Positions 20,548 through 29,766 of a DNA stretch of 64,000 bases are shown here, in pieces. Under the pieces are notes generated by a model, which made no database searches, was not told the origin of the DNA, and was given only the letters and a program-made list of their open reading frames with translations. The stretch is from the NCBI GenBank assembly GCA_032128875.1, contig JAVLKG010000005.1, forward strand, positions 539,030 to 603,029, in the 5' to 3' direction. A program made the position numbers and the translations under genes. Source of the DNA: Candidatus Melainabacteria bacterium 17Bon1m (GTDB lineage: Bacteria > Cyanobacteriota > Vampirovibrionia > Obscuribacterales > Obscuribacteraceae). Position 1 is the stretch's first letter, and every line of letters begins with the position of its first letter.

Positions 20548-22344
20548 TTGCAATACCAAACTTTGAAAACCAGCAAGGCCAAGGTAAATAACGAGCTTTA
20601 TCGCGCGGGCGGGTTGCAGTTGGCGGCAGCTGCTCTTATTTCGCTGTCGGTGACAGCGTTGGGCGTGATGCCGGCGCATTCTATCGGCTTGGTGCCGGGA
20701 CATGCCGTACACCCAGTCAGGGTCGTTCCGCACGTCAGAACAGTCAGACGTGCTTCCCAAGTTCCGACAATTCGTAAAAACTTCAGTTCGGCTTCGGCAC
20801 GCGCCAGTTTCAGAGTTAGAAACGGCAAGGCATCAGTAAAAACAGCTCGTGTAGCGGCTCGTCAGGGCAAACTGCGCGGGCGTCGCAACGCTGTCGCCAA
20901 ACGTCCTGCTGCACCGCATGCGGTGCAACCGCAGACTCTTGCCGACAAGATGGCTGCACGAACCATAGCTCCCGGGGTGATTCACAAGTATTATCGCGGC
21001 GCGCTCACCATCAATCTGCTCGATGTGGACATGGTCAATTCCGATGTCAAAGTTCGTCCGATGTTGGCAGGAAATGATTTCCACCAGCTCAAGGATGTCA
21101 CCGACCATGCTCGTGAAAGCCGTGCCATAGCCGCTGTCAACGCCAACTATTTCAAATCCAACGGCACGCCTCTAGGAACCTTGATTATCGATGGTGAGTG
21201 GGTCGCCGGTCCGCTATTCGACAGAGTTTCGATGGGTTTTACTCGCGATGGTTATGTACGCATCGACCGAGTCAACTTGTTCGGCATAATGCGCTCTTCC
21301 AATCCAGAAGTTCCAAGCGCCTGGATCAACAACATCAATCAACCTCGTCGCACGGGCAGCCGCTTTGTAGCGTACACGCGGCGCTGGGGCAGTTTTGTCC
21401 AATTGCCGTACGACGGCGTCTTGGTCGCAATCGACGCGCAGGGCAACGTCATCGACACCAATCCACGTACCATGGGCATCCCGTGGGGCGGCTACGTTCT
21501 TTCCGATTCAAAGAGCGGTGCAATTTCAAAACTGAAGCGCGGCGACAATGTCAGTATTGCCTGGCAAACGCGTCCATCCGCCTGGTCTGACGTCGTCAAT
21601 GCCGTAAGTGGCGGGCCGACACTGGTCAAAAACGGCAAAGTTCAGCTCGACCTGCAACAGCAGCATTTCACAAAGCGCTGGACCGGATCTCAAATTCATG
21701 CTCGCACCGCTGCCGGTGTCACGAGCGACAACCATTTGCTCTTGGTTACGATCGAAGGTCCTCACACTATGTGGGATCTGGCCAAGTTCTTGCGTGACAT
21801 GGGAGCCGTTGAAGCTCTCAACCTGGACGGCGGCGGCTCGACAACTATGGTTGTCGACGGCAAAGCGGTCACCAGAGGAGCCAAGAATTCCCAAAGACGA
21901 GTCGCCAGCTCGATTGTCCTTGTTGATGAGCGTATCGCCTCACAGAACTACCGCCCCTTTAATGGTGCATACAAGCCGCAAAGCGATATTTCCGATTTCT
22001 TGATGCCGGCAAAAGATGTTATGTCGAGCCTCTCGGTTAGCTCGGAAAACCTGAGCACATTGGGCAAAGACTACGCCGATTTCGGTTTTCAGGAAGATTT
22101 CTCGGAGTCGCTCCTCATGGACTCCGCGCTCAAGCCAGATTTGGAACATGACAGCAGCGCTGAATTGAAGTCTCTCGATTCTCAACTGGAGACGGGCGTT
22201 TTGCAGGCAACGCATAAAGCGGCTGTCCGACCGGACGACGCTGTCAAGCCGGACTCTTCGCAGAAGCGTGATAGTCGAGGAATGTTCAAAGTTCCTTTCA
22301 AAAACCCGTTCAATCTCAATTTCCTTGGCCGCAAGCGCGGTTAA
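20548..22344 (+). CDS. Phosphodiester glycosidase (NAGPA) family protein, exported
   Basis: AAVNANYF, SGGPTLV, ARTAAG, ALNLDGGGST. Confidence 0.85.
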   Translation: MQYQTLKTSKAKVNNELYRAGGLQLAAAALISLSVTALGVMPAHSIGLVPGHAVHPVRVVPHVRTVRRASQVPTIRKNFSSASARASFRVRNGKASVKTARVAARQGKLRGRRNAVAKRPAAPHAVQPQTLADKMAARTIAPGVIHKYYRGALTINLLDVDMVNSDVKVRPMLAGNDFHQLKDVTDHARESRAIAAVNANYFKSNGTPLGTLIIDGEWVAGPLFDRVSMGFTRDGYVRIDRVNLFGIMRSSNPEVPSAWINNINQPRRTGSRFVAYTRRWGSFVQLPYDGVLVAIDAQGNVIDTNPRTMGIPWGGYVLSDSKSGAISKLKRGDNVSIAWQTRPSAWSDVVNAVSGGPTLVKNGKVQLDLQQQHFTKRWTGSQIHARTAAGVTSDNHLLLVTIEGPHTMWDLAKFLRDMGAVEALNLDGGGSTTMVVDGKAVTRGAKNSQRRVASSIVLVDERIASQNYRPFNGAYKPQSDISDFLMPAKDVMSSLSVSSENLSTLGKDYADFGFQEDFSESLLMDSALKPDLEHDSSAELKSLDSQLETGVLQATHKAAVRPDDAVKPDSSQKRDSRGMFKVPFKNPFNLNFLGRKRG

Positions 22345-22504
22345 TTAGCGAAATTGCAGAATGAAGTTTTTAGACGGAGGACCCCGATCGGTTATTGTCC
22401 GGGCTTTGTTTTGCGGGCATACTTGCTGCATATAGACTTGATCTACTGGAAATAAAGCATCCGTCAATTCAAAATAGACTTGAATCTATGGGGACCCCCA
22501 AGTC

Positions 22505-23473
22505 ATGGAAAAATTTGCTGTAGGTGTCGACTTCGGCGGCACCAAAATATCGGCAGGCGTGGTCAATCTTGAATCCGGTCGCTTGGTCGGCACGGCTAAG
22601 AAAAAGACTCGCCAGGTCCAAGAGCAGGATGACGTCATCAGGCGCATCATCACTGTTGTGGATGAAGCAATCAGCGAGTCCGGCGTCGAGATGAAGAAGA
22701 TTGCCGGCATCGGCATCGGCGCTGCCGGAATGGTCAATCGGGAGAAGGGCATACTTCTAGCCGCGGTCAATATCGGGGCTAACGATGTACCGCTTGCAGA
22801 GCCACTTTCCAGGCACTATGGATTGCCTTGCAAATTGGGCAATGACGTGGAAGTCGCCACCATCGGTGAAATGGCATTCGGGGCCGGTCGTGACTGCAAG
22901 AATTTTGTCTGCATTTTTGTAGGCACAGGCATCGGCAGCGGCATTGTGCAAAATGGCACTCTAGTTAAAGGAGCTACCGGCACCGCCGGTGAGGTCGGGC
23001 ACATTACTCTCTACCCAGACGGAAAACTCTGTGGCTGCGGCGCATACGGCTGTCTGGAAGCATACGCATCGCGTACTGCCGTTGCGAAGGACATTCTTGC
23101 CGACTTGCAGCGTGGGCATGATTCGGTCATTCGTGAGAAGGTCGACATGACCAAGGGCATTCTGCGCTCGAAGGCGATTGCGCAGGCTGTTGCTTCCGGC
23201 GATGAGATGGTGACAGGAGCTGTCGAACAAGCTGCCCGTTGCATGGCTACAGGGCTTGTCACCGTGATCAATTTCCTTAACCCGCAAAGAATAATACTGG
23301 GTGGCGGACTTGTCGAAGCTGTAAATCTCTACTTCGACACGGCAGAGCTATACGCTCGTCGCCGTTGTCTAAAAATACCGGGTCGCAAGATTGAAATTGT
23401 AAGAGCCGAATTGGGTGATTATGCCGGCATTGTCGGCGCGGCAATGCTGTCCAGAAACGGTTCCAGCAAGTAA
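22505..23473 (+). CDS. ROK-family sugar kinase (glucokinase-like)
   Basis: GVDFGGTKI, GNDV, GTGIGSG, AGEVGH, CGCGAYGCLEAYAS. Confidence 0.92.
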   Translation: MEKFAVGVDFGGTKISAGVVNLESGRLVGTAKKKTRQVQEQDDVIRRIITVVDEAISESGVEMKKIAGIGIGAAGMVNREKGILLAAVNIGANDVPLAEPLSRHYGLPCKLGNDVEVATIGEMAFGAGRDCKNFVCIFVGTGIGSGIVQNGTLVKGATGTAGEVGHITLYPDGKLCGCGAYGCLEAYASRTAVAKDILADLQRGHDSVIREKVDMTKGILRSKAIAQAVASGDEMVTGAVEQAARCMATGLVTVINFLNPQRIILGGGLVEAVNLYFDTAELYARRRCLKIPGRKIEIVRAELGDYAGIVGAAMLSRNGSSK

Positions 23474-23557
23474 CTTGCTCGCCTCTTCTCCAAGCCATTC
23501 CTCCGAACCGTTAACTGGGTTCGTGGACGTAAATCGTTGAAGGGCTACAAACTTGGC

Positions 23558-23881
23558 TTAGCGTCTGCGGGAAAGCATGCGCCCAACAATGAAGAGGCAA
23601 GCGATTAGACCGGCGCCGCTGCCATATTTTTGGGCTTGCCATCTGGTGGTCCCGATTTCAGCTTTTTCCGGGGTCTTAATCACTTCTACCTTAGGAATCA
23701 CGCGCGAACCGACAATCGTGTTAACGACTTCGGTGACGCCGTCGATTGGCCCCTGTACCAGCGAATGACTGAAAGAATGGGCAAATACACCTGCGCATTC
23801 GGACGGCGAGCAGACTTCCTCTTCTTGTTCGATCTCGACAGTTGTCTCGTCCATTGGAATTATCCTCATCTCGTCGCTCAT
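23558..23881 (-). CDS. Small hypothetical protein with C-terminal TM helix
   Basis: ATG 23881 with SD GGAGG; ends GLIACLFIVGRMLSRRR. Confidence 0.65.
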   Translation of the reverse strand: MSDEMRIIPMDETTVEIEQEEEVCSPSECAGVFAHSFSHSLVQGPIDGVTEVVNTIVGSRVIPKVEVIKTPEKAEIGTTRWQAQKYGSGAGLIACLFIVGRMLSRRR

Positions 23882-23990
23882 GACCACAACCTCCAGGCTA
23901 ACTATTTCTTGCCACAAAAAGTATGCTGCTTATCTAGGGGTTTCCCTGAATTGCAGATAAAAACTCCAAATACCGGGCTAGTTACCGGGC

Positions 23991-25007
23991 TCAGGGTTTT
24001 GCTACGAATTTTGAACCCTGGCGAGTGCCGCGTCTTTCCAATTCTTGATCGATTTTGCCCATAATGCGGCTTTTTTCAAAGCACCATTCCGGCGCAGTAA
24101 TTTCCTCTCGGGTCCCTTCGGCCACCAAACGCATTACCACCATATCTGGTGGCAACATCTCCAAGGCGTCGCAAACGAGAGTAACGTATTCGTCTTCTTC
24201 CAAGAGCGGCAGCTTGCCCATCGCATAGTCAACCGCCATTGGCGTATGTTTGTAAACGCAGAGCTGGTGAATCTTGATCGCTGTCAGTCCGATGTCGGCA
24301 ATTTGGCGAACTGTTTCCATCATGTCTTCTCTAGTCTCGCCTGGCAAACCAAAGATCAAGTGCGTGGCAACAGTCAAGTTTCTCTTGCGCGCACGTTCGA
24401 CTGAATCGAAAAATTCTTCCGCCGAGTGAGCTCTGTTAATTAGGTCAAGAGTCTTATTGTGTGCCGTCTGTAGACCAACCTCGAGGAATACGTAAGTCTT
24501 CTTTGCGTATTCTGCCAGCAGGTCGAGCACATTGTCGTCGAGACAATCAGGGCGGGTACCAATGCAAATGCCAACCACATCTTCGTGGTCCAAAGAAACA
24601 TCATATAAGGAACGCAATACTGCTTCAGGGGCATAGGTATTGGTGAAAGCCTGGAAATAAGCGAGAAATTTCTCCGCTTTGAAGCGCCGCCTGATTCTTT
24701 CAATGCCGGTCAATAGCTGCTCTTTGACGCTTAAAACCTGGTTGATGGTCGGAGCGCCGGAGCCGCGGTCGTCGCAAAATGTGCAACCGCCGAGCGCTCT
24801 TGTGCCGTCACGATTGGGGCAGGTAAAACCGGCATCAATAGGAACGCGATAAACGCGGGCGCCGAAACTTTCCCTGAGATAACCGTTAAAACTGGTATAT
24901 CTTGGCTGGCTCACTTGCGAGCGTGTAGTTTTGTGCGCATCGGGCGAGGCAAATTTGCCTGTGTTTTTGCTCATCTGATTGTCAGTCTTATCGTTCAGTG
25001 TTTGCAT
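23991..25007 (-). CDS. TIGR01212 (YhcC/YtqA) family radical SAM protein
   Basis: DAGFTCPNRDG..GGCTFC, YFQAFTNTYA, GTRPDC, HLIFGLPGE; start uncertain. Confidence 0.92.
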   Translation of the reverse strand: MQTLNDKTDNQMSKNTGKFASPDAHKTTRSQVSQPRYTSFNGYLRESFGARVYRVPIDAGFTCPNRDGTRALGGCTFCDDRGSGAPTINQVLSVKEQLLTGIERIRRRFKAEKFLAYFQAFTNTYAPEAVLRSLYDVSLDHEDVVGICIGTRPDCLDDNVLDLLAEYAKKTYVFLEVGLQTAHNKTLDLINRAHSAEEFFDSVERARKRNLTVATHLIFGLPGETREDMMETVRQIADIGLTAIKIHQLCVYKHTPMAVDYAMGKLPLLEEDEYVTLVCDALEMLPPDMVVMRLVAEGTREEITAPEWCFEKSRIMGKIDQELERRGTRQGSKFVAKP

Positions 25008-25212
25008 GGACAAAAATCGCCGCCTGAGAGCAGATAGGTGCCAATTCGCTGGCAAGAGTCAAAGACTTTACTACATTTGCCGAGTTTACAACAGGAAAAT
25101 CTGCTGCCGTGTAAACAGGCGGCTTAAGGCACCCGGGCGTTCTATGGCGTTCTCAAGTACCGTCAGTCGCCTCTTTTACGACCCTGAGCGTTAATACTAG
25201 TACGGACTCAAG

Positions 25213-25242
25213 TTGACACGCTTTATCCGGGTTTGTTATTCT
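25213..25242 (+). promoter_or_regulatory. Sigma70-type promoter for tRNA-Glu
   Basis: TTGACA (25213) - 18 nt - TATTCT (25237) with extended TG. Confidence 0.65.
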
Positions 25243-25305
25243 GGATTTTCACTGGAACTCTGGCTTTGCAGTCCGGGCAGTTCACGCTGTTCAGATATCC
25301 ATCTT

Positions 25306-25378
25306 GCCCCCATCGTCTAGAGGCCCAGGACACCTCCCTTTCACGGAGGCGACAGGGGTTCGAATCCCCTTGGGGGTA
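25306..25378 (+). tRNA. trnE: tRNA-Glu(TTC), CCA not encoded
   Basis: GCCCCCA/TGGGGGT acceptor stem, anticodon loop CTTTCAC, T-arm AGGGG-TTCGAAT-CCCCT. Confidence 0.97.
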
Positions 25379-25386
25379 AATCTTTC

Positions 25387-25423
25387 TTACCGGTTGCACT
25401 TAGTGCGACCGGTAATTTTTTTT
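25387..25423 (+). terminator. Rho-independent terminator after tRNA-Glu
   Basis: TTACCGGTTGCAC-TTA-GTGCGACCGGTAA followed by T8. Confidence 0.85.
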
Positions 25424-25540
25424 GTTGCCAAGGACGGCAGCGCGAAATACTCCGAATTCGCCCGAGGTCAGGTGCCAGTTGGCCAATACGCCTCTACTAT
25501 TCGTCGTACAATGAATATGGACGAATCCGGAGTCCTCGCC

Positions 25541-26749
25541 ATGACAGAAGCGACTGACAACGAACAAAAGGTTCTTAGACTCGGTGAATTGCTAACTCAA
25601 GTCGGCATCGTACAGCCGCACGAATTGACTGAGGCAATTCAGACCTCGAGCGAAACCGGACTGCCAATTGGTCGCGTTCTAATTATGTCCGGATATTTGA
25701 CGGACCAAGAATTGCAGGCGGCCGTGCAGGCTCAGTCTCTCGTCAAAGATCGAGTAATCGAGCTTGATTTGGCTCTCAAGGCTTTGCAGGCTGTTTCCCA
25801 GGAAGGTCTGACCTTAGAGCAGGCATTGCGCTCAATGGGATGGATGAATAAGCGTGCAGCCACTACTGCAAAGCTCGGAGAATTCCTGATTGAAGCAGAG
25901 CTTTGCACCCAAGAGCAGCTTGATGAGGCAATACGTACGAGCCAAGAAACCGGCTTGCCCCTGGGACGTATTCTGGTCCTCACCCAAACAGTGTCCGACG
26001 AGCTTCTGACTGCCGCACTGACAGCGCAAGTGCTCGTGCGCGACAATAAAATTACCAAGGAGGAAGCGATTCAAGGACTGTCGTCTGCTCGCCGACGCCG
26101 GGTCAGCATCGAAGTTTCGCTGAGCGATCATGGCTTCTACAAAGCACCGATTCGGCAGTCGATTAAGCTGGGTGAATTGCTTGTCCTGGCCGGTTTGGTC
26201 AATGAGAGCGATTTGATGACTGCACTTGAACTGGGGCTTGCCAGAGAGATGCCGGTTGGGCAGGTGCTGGTTCAAACTGGCCAGATGACTCGAGCCGGAC
26301 TTGATGCCGCTCTCAAGATTCAAGAGATGGTTGGCACTGGAACCTTGCATGCACTGCAGGCCGCAGAGGCGCTCAGGCAAATCATTTTGAAGAACATATC
26401 TATAGCGCAGGCTGTTGCCGAGCTCGGTTTGCTCAAGTCCGAACCGTCGGAAACGATTCGTCTGGGCGAGATACTACAAGCGGCAGGTGTCGTTTCTGAT
26501 AGCGATATTCAAAAAGCGATCGAGTTAAGTACGAAAAATTCTGCTCTAGTCGGCAAGATGCTCTTGGTTTCGGGCATGATCGATGAAGGCATGCTTCATT
26601 CGGCGCTTCGCTGCCAATTTCTCCTGCGCGAAGGCTTTCTAAAAATGGAACAAGCTGTCGTCGCTCTCAATCACTGTCAGAAGCATCACGTCTCATTCGA
26701 CGACGCTTTGACACAGCTCGGATGGACATTGCGCACCCGCAATAAATGA
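25541..26749 (+). CDS. Stand-alone protein of four tandem MshEN-like (c-di-GMP-binding type) domains
   Basis: Four ~100-aa repeats beginning RLGELL/KLGEFL/KLGELL/RLGEIL; the ORF track's 25304 start overlaps the tRNA and is spurious. Confidence 0.8.
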   Translation: MTEATDNEQKVLRLGELLTQVGIVQPHELTEAIQTSSETGLPIGRVLIMSGYLTDQELQAAVQAQSLVKDRVIELDLALKALQAVSQEGLTLEQALRSMGWMNKRAATTAKLGEFLIEAELCTQEQLDEAIRTSQETGLPLGRILVLTQTVSDELLTAALTAQVLVRDNKITKEEAIQGLSSARRRRVSIEVSLSDHGFYKAPIRQSIKLGELLVLAGLVNESDLMTALELGLAREMPVGQVLVQTGQMTRAGLDAALKIQEMVGTGTLHALQAAEALRQIILKNISIAQAVAELGLLKSEPSETIRLGEILQAAGVVSDSDIQKAIELSTKNSALVGKMLLVSGMIDEGMLHSALRCQFLLREGFLKMEQAVVALNHCQKHHVSFDDALTQLGWTLRTRNK

Positions 26750-26816
26750 TCGCGCAGGCAAAATATTAGGATTGAAACGCGTTCCATTTCGCTAAGACTG
26801 CGGCATTCATGCCGCC

Positions 26817-26845
26817 CGAAGCCGGCGAGCCGCCGGCGCTCCCAG
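26817..26845. repeat. REP-like palindrome family A, copy 1
   Basis: CGAAGCCGGCGAGCCGCCGGCGCTCCCAG; exact reverse-complement copy at 50322-50350. Confidence 0.75.
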
Positions 26846-26854
26846 AAAAAAACA

Positions 26855-26878
26855 GGCGATGCATGGCATCGGCCCTAC
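26855..26878 (-). repeat. GTAG-type REP-like palindrome family B
   Basis: Reverse complement GTAGGGCCGATGCCATGCATCGCC; near-identical copy at 41333-41356. Confidence 0.7.
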
Positions 26879-26921
26879 GCACTAGAGAAATTCGTGGCCG
26901 TCATGGAAAACTCTGTGGCGA

Positions 26922-29624
26922 TTAGTGTTTGAGCCAGCTACGCTCCAGCGTGTGTCTTTCTCGCGTCTTGAAATAAACGGACACTGCTAGTTTTTCCATA
27001 TGCTGTGAAATTGTCCGCAGCCCTTGTTTTACTTCATTCTTTTCAAAATGATTTTGCACATCCAGAAGTTGGTCTTCTGATACCAACCCTGTCACGCCTT
27101 CGCACATGCGAGGAACCATAACCACTGGGTAAGTTTTCATCATTTTATCCCAATTCTCTTTCATGAAATTCCATGCCAATTCTCTACCCCATGGATTGAG
27201 CATGACTGAGCGCACTACATATGGTGCGTTTTGGGTTCGGATTTCGCCGTTGAGTGTTTTCTCTAAGGTCTTCGCAAGAAGCGCTTTATCTCTGAATCCT
27301 GCCAGCGCATACATAAAGCGCTCTTCCTCTTGTGGAGTAGAGGCTTTCTTAAACTGTTGCACAAAGTCTTTGTACTGCGACTCCTCACCATGGTAGGCAA
27401 GCACGCTTATCGCTGCAGCCGCGAGTGCGGGACTTACAGATGTTCTCGACTTCTTGTATTTTGCATAAAGTGTTTCGGCCTCTTCCACGACTTCTTCTAC
27501 TTCGCCGATAGTTCCGGCGGTCGTGAAAAGCATTCCGCGCAATTGCTCTTTTACTGCGTCTTTTGCCTGACCTTTTTTCGCGCCATCTTCAGAAATGCCG
27601 ATTCTTTCCAAGGCTGGCATCACCATTTCTCTGGCGTATTCTTTCAATGCGCTGCGCTGACCCTTGCCTACGATCTGGTTAAGGTAGTTAATCGCGCCGA
27701 TTAGGACTGTCCAGACATTCTTGTCTGTCTCAGCTTTGAACTGGTAGCTGTGACGGAAAAAGGATTTCAATTCGATGGAGCCGTTCAAAGCCGACGCCCA
27801 CAAGTCGCTGAGCAAGCCAAATCTCTCAATGGCAGAGAGATCTGTGTAGAGATTTTTTGCAATAGCTGCTAAATCGTCGTCGCTATACGAGCATCTGTAA
27901 AACCCGTGTCCACCAGCGTTCAGCAATAGCCAGTCGGCAGCCGCCGGCAGTTTTAGCTCAGTGGAATTGCCAGTCAGCAGCAATCTGCCTTGAACGCGTT
28001 CTTTGCCGAACGCGGCGGTGTACATGATTGGAATGTGGTAACGCGAGACGCTGTCTTGCTTTACGTGCGATCGTTTTTCCTCTGGTAGATAGAAAAAACG
28101 GTGCTGGGTGATGAGCCAACTTTGGCCGCCTTCTTCTTTTGAGGCATGAACGAGTGGGTAGCCCCCCTGAAAAATCCAAGAATCCATCATTTGTCTAACA
28201 GGTTGTTCGGACTTTTCTTCGATAGCGTCCCAGAGATCGGTGGTTTCTGTATTTCCATACTTATGGTTGTTCAAATAATGCGCAATACCGAGTCTGTAAT
28301 TTTCGGCGTCCAGGTATTGCTCCAGCATTCGAAGAACGGATGCGCCTTTTTCATAGGTCAGGACATCGAACATGCCTTCGGCGTCTTCCGGTTTGCGAAC
28401 AGTAAATTCAATCGGACGAGTACTCAGCAAGCCGTCGGTGGAAAACGCCGCTCCTCTGGAAGCACCGAATGTATCCCACCTATTCCAGTTGGGCTGCCAG
28501 TCGTCGGTGGCGAGCATCTGCATGAAAGTGGCGAAGGCTTCGTTTAGCCAGAGTCCATTCCACCAGCGCATTGTGGCGAGATCACCAAACCACATGTGCG
28601 CTAACTCGTGGGCGACAATATCGGCGACCCTTTCGAGTTCTTGCTGTGCTGCTGTTTTTTCATCGAGTAAAAGAGCATTTTCTCGAAAGATGACGCAGCC
28701 GAGGTTTTCCATTGCGCCGAACATAAAATCGGGAACAGCCACCAGATCGAGCTTTTCGCCAGGGTATTTGATGCCGTAATAACGATTGAAAAAGGAAAGC
28801 GATGCGGAGGCTACTCGCTCTGAGAAAGCTGCCAAATTGGTCTTGCCGGCAGGTGTCCAGACTCGCAGCGGGCAGCCATCAACGTCCACCGGTTCGGTCG
28901 CCTCAAGATTGCCGACGACGAGCGCGACCAAATAGGTCGACATCTTCATTGTCTCTTTAAAGACAACGAGTTTCTTGCCGTTTGATTTGGCTGATTTTTT
29001 CTGTTGTGACTTTTCGGATTTCTCTGATTTCCCTGATTTTTCCGACTTCTCTGATTTTTGTATCTTTTCGGATTTTTCCGACTCTACCGGTGAGTTGGAA
29101 AGCGCGACAGCATCAGCGTCTACCAGTACTGAAATTTTGAAGACCGCTTTGAAATCGGGTTCGTCAAAGCATGGAAAAATGCGGCGAGCGTCGGTTGGTT
29201 CGCACTGAGTTACTGCTAGCGTGTGCTTTGTTCCGGCTTCATCTGTATAAGAACTACGATAGAAGCCGTGCAGTTTGTCATTCAAAATGCCGTTAAATGC
29301 GATTTGAAATTGCCAACGACCGGCTTTTAATGTTTTTCCAAAACTCAGTTTTATTCTTTCGTTGTCAGCATCTAGGTGTACCGCGGCATTTAATTCTTTG
29401 CCTTTTTCATCTATTGCTCTGCCGGAATCAATTATTAATTCGAGACTGTTGAGCAAAACCTCGTCAGTATCGGTAAGGACGTTGCAGAACACGCCTACTG
29501 TTCCAGTGAACGTCCCGGCCTCGATATCGGGCACGAGGTGGAGGTCGTAACGCTCAGGAACGACCGAGCGCGGCAACCTGTAGGAAACGGACTCATCCAG
29601 CAGAAGGCGCGTGTCGGTGGACAT
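26922..29624 (-). CDS. M1 family aminopeptidase with ERAP1-like C-terminal domain
   Basis: YRLP..VVP..YDL, ARRIFPCFDEP, GAMEN, HELAH-x18-E (LWLNEAFA), YEKG. Confidence 0.95.
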   Translation of the reverse strand: MSTDTRLLLDESVSYRLPRSVVPERYDLHLVPDIEAGTFTGTVGVFCNVLTDTDEVLLNSLELIIDSGRAIDEKGKELNAAVHLDADNERIKLSFGKTLKAGRWQFQIAFNGILNDKLHGFYRSSYTDEAGTKHTLAVTQCEPTDARRIFPCFDEPDFKAVFKISVLVDADAVALSNSPVESEKSEKIQKSEKSEKSGKSEKSEKSQQKKSAKSNGKKLVVFKETMKMSTYLVALVVGNLEATEPVDVDGCPLRVWTPAGKTNLAAFSERVASASLSFFNRYYGIKYPGEKLDLVAVPDFMFGAMENLGCVIFRENALLLDEKTAAQQELERVADIVAHELAHMWFGDLATMRWWNGLWLNEAFATFMQMLATDDWQPNWNRWDTFGASRGAAFSTDGLLSTRPIEFTVRKPEDAEGMFDVLTYEKGASVLRMLEQYLDAENYRLGIAHYLNNHKYGNTETTDLWDAIEEKSEQPVRQMMDSWIFQGGYPLVHASKEEGGQSWLITQHRFFYLPEEKRSHVKQDSVSRYHIPIMYTAAFGKERVQGRLLLTGNSTELKLPAAADWLLLNAGGHGFYRCSYSDDDLAAIAKNLYTDLSAIERFGLLSDLWASALNGSIELKSFFRHSYQFKAETDKNVWTVLIGAINYLNQIVGKGQRSALKEYAREMVMPALERIGISEDGAKKGQAKDAVKEQLRGMLFTTAGTIGEVEEVVEEAETLYAKYKKSRTSVSPALAAAAISVLAYHGEESQYKDFVQQFKKASTPQEEERFMYALAGFRDKALLAKTLEKTLNGEIRTQNAPYVVRSVMLNPWGRELAWNFMKENWDKMMKTYPVVMVPRMCEGVTGLVSEDQLLDVQNHFEKNEVKQGLRTISQHMEKLAVSVYFKTRERHTLERSWLKH

Positions 29625-29766
29625 AAAACGTTGTCCTCTTTAGTACTTGGGTGGCAATTAAGTGCCGGAGAGGTTAGCATATTGAGACTTTGATTTCATT
29701 TCGACGGCGTTTCGACTTGATAGATTCTCGATTTACCGGCTAAAACGCATGAGAGGTTAAGCGAAA

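Noticed and set aside
25304-25540. N-terminal extension of the 481-aa ORF
   Set aside because: Overlaps tRNA-Glu and its terminator; better start at 25541
25379-26920. tRNA-Glu as a genomic-island attachment site
   Set aside because: No integrase and no duplicated tRNA 3' end seen in the window
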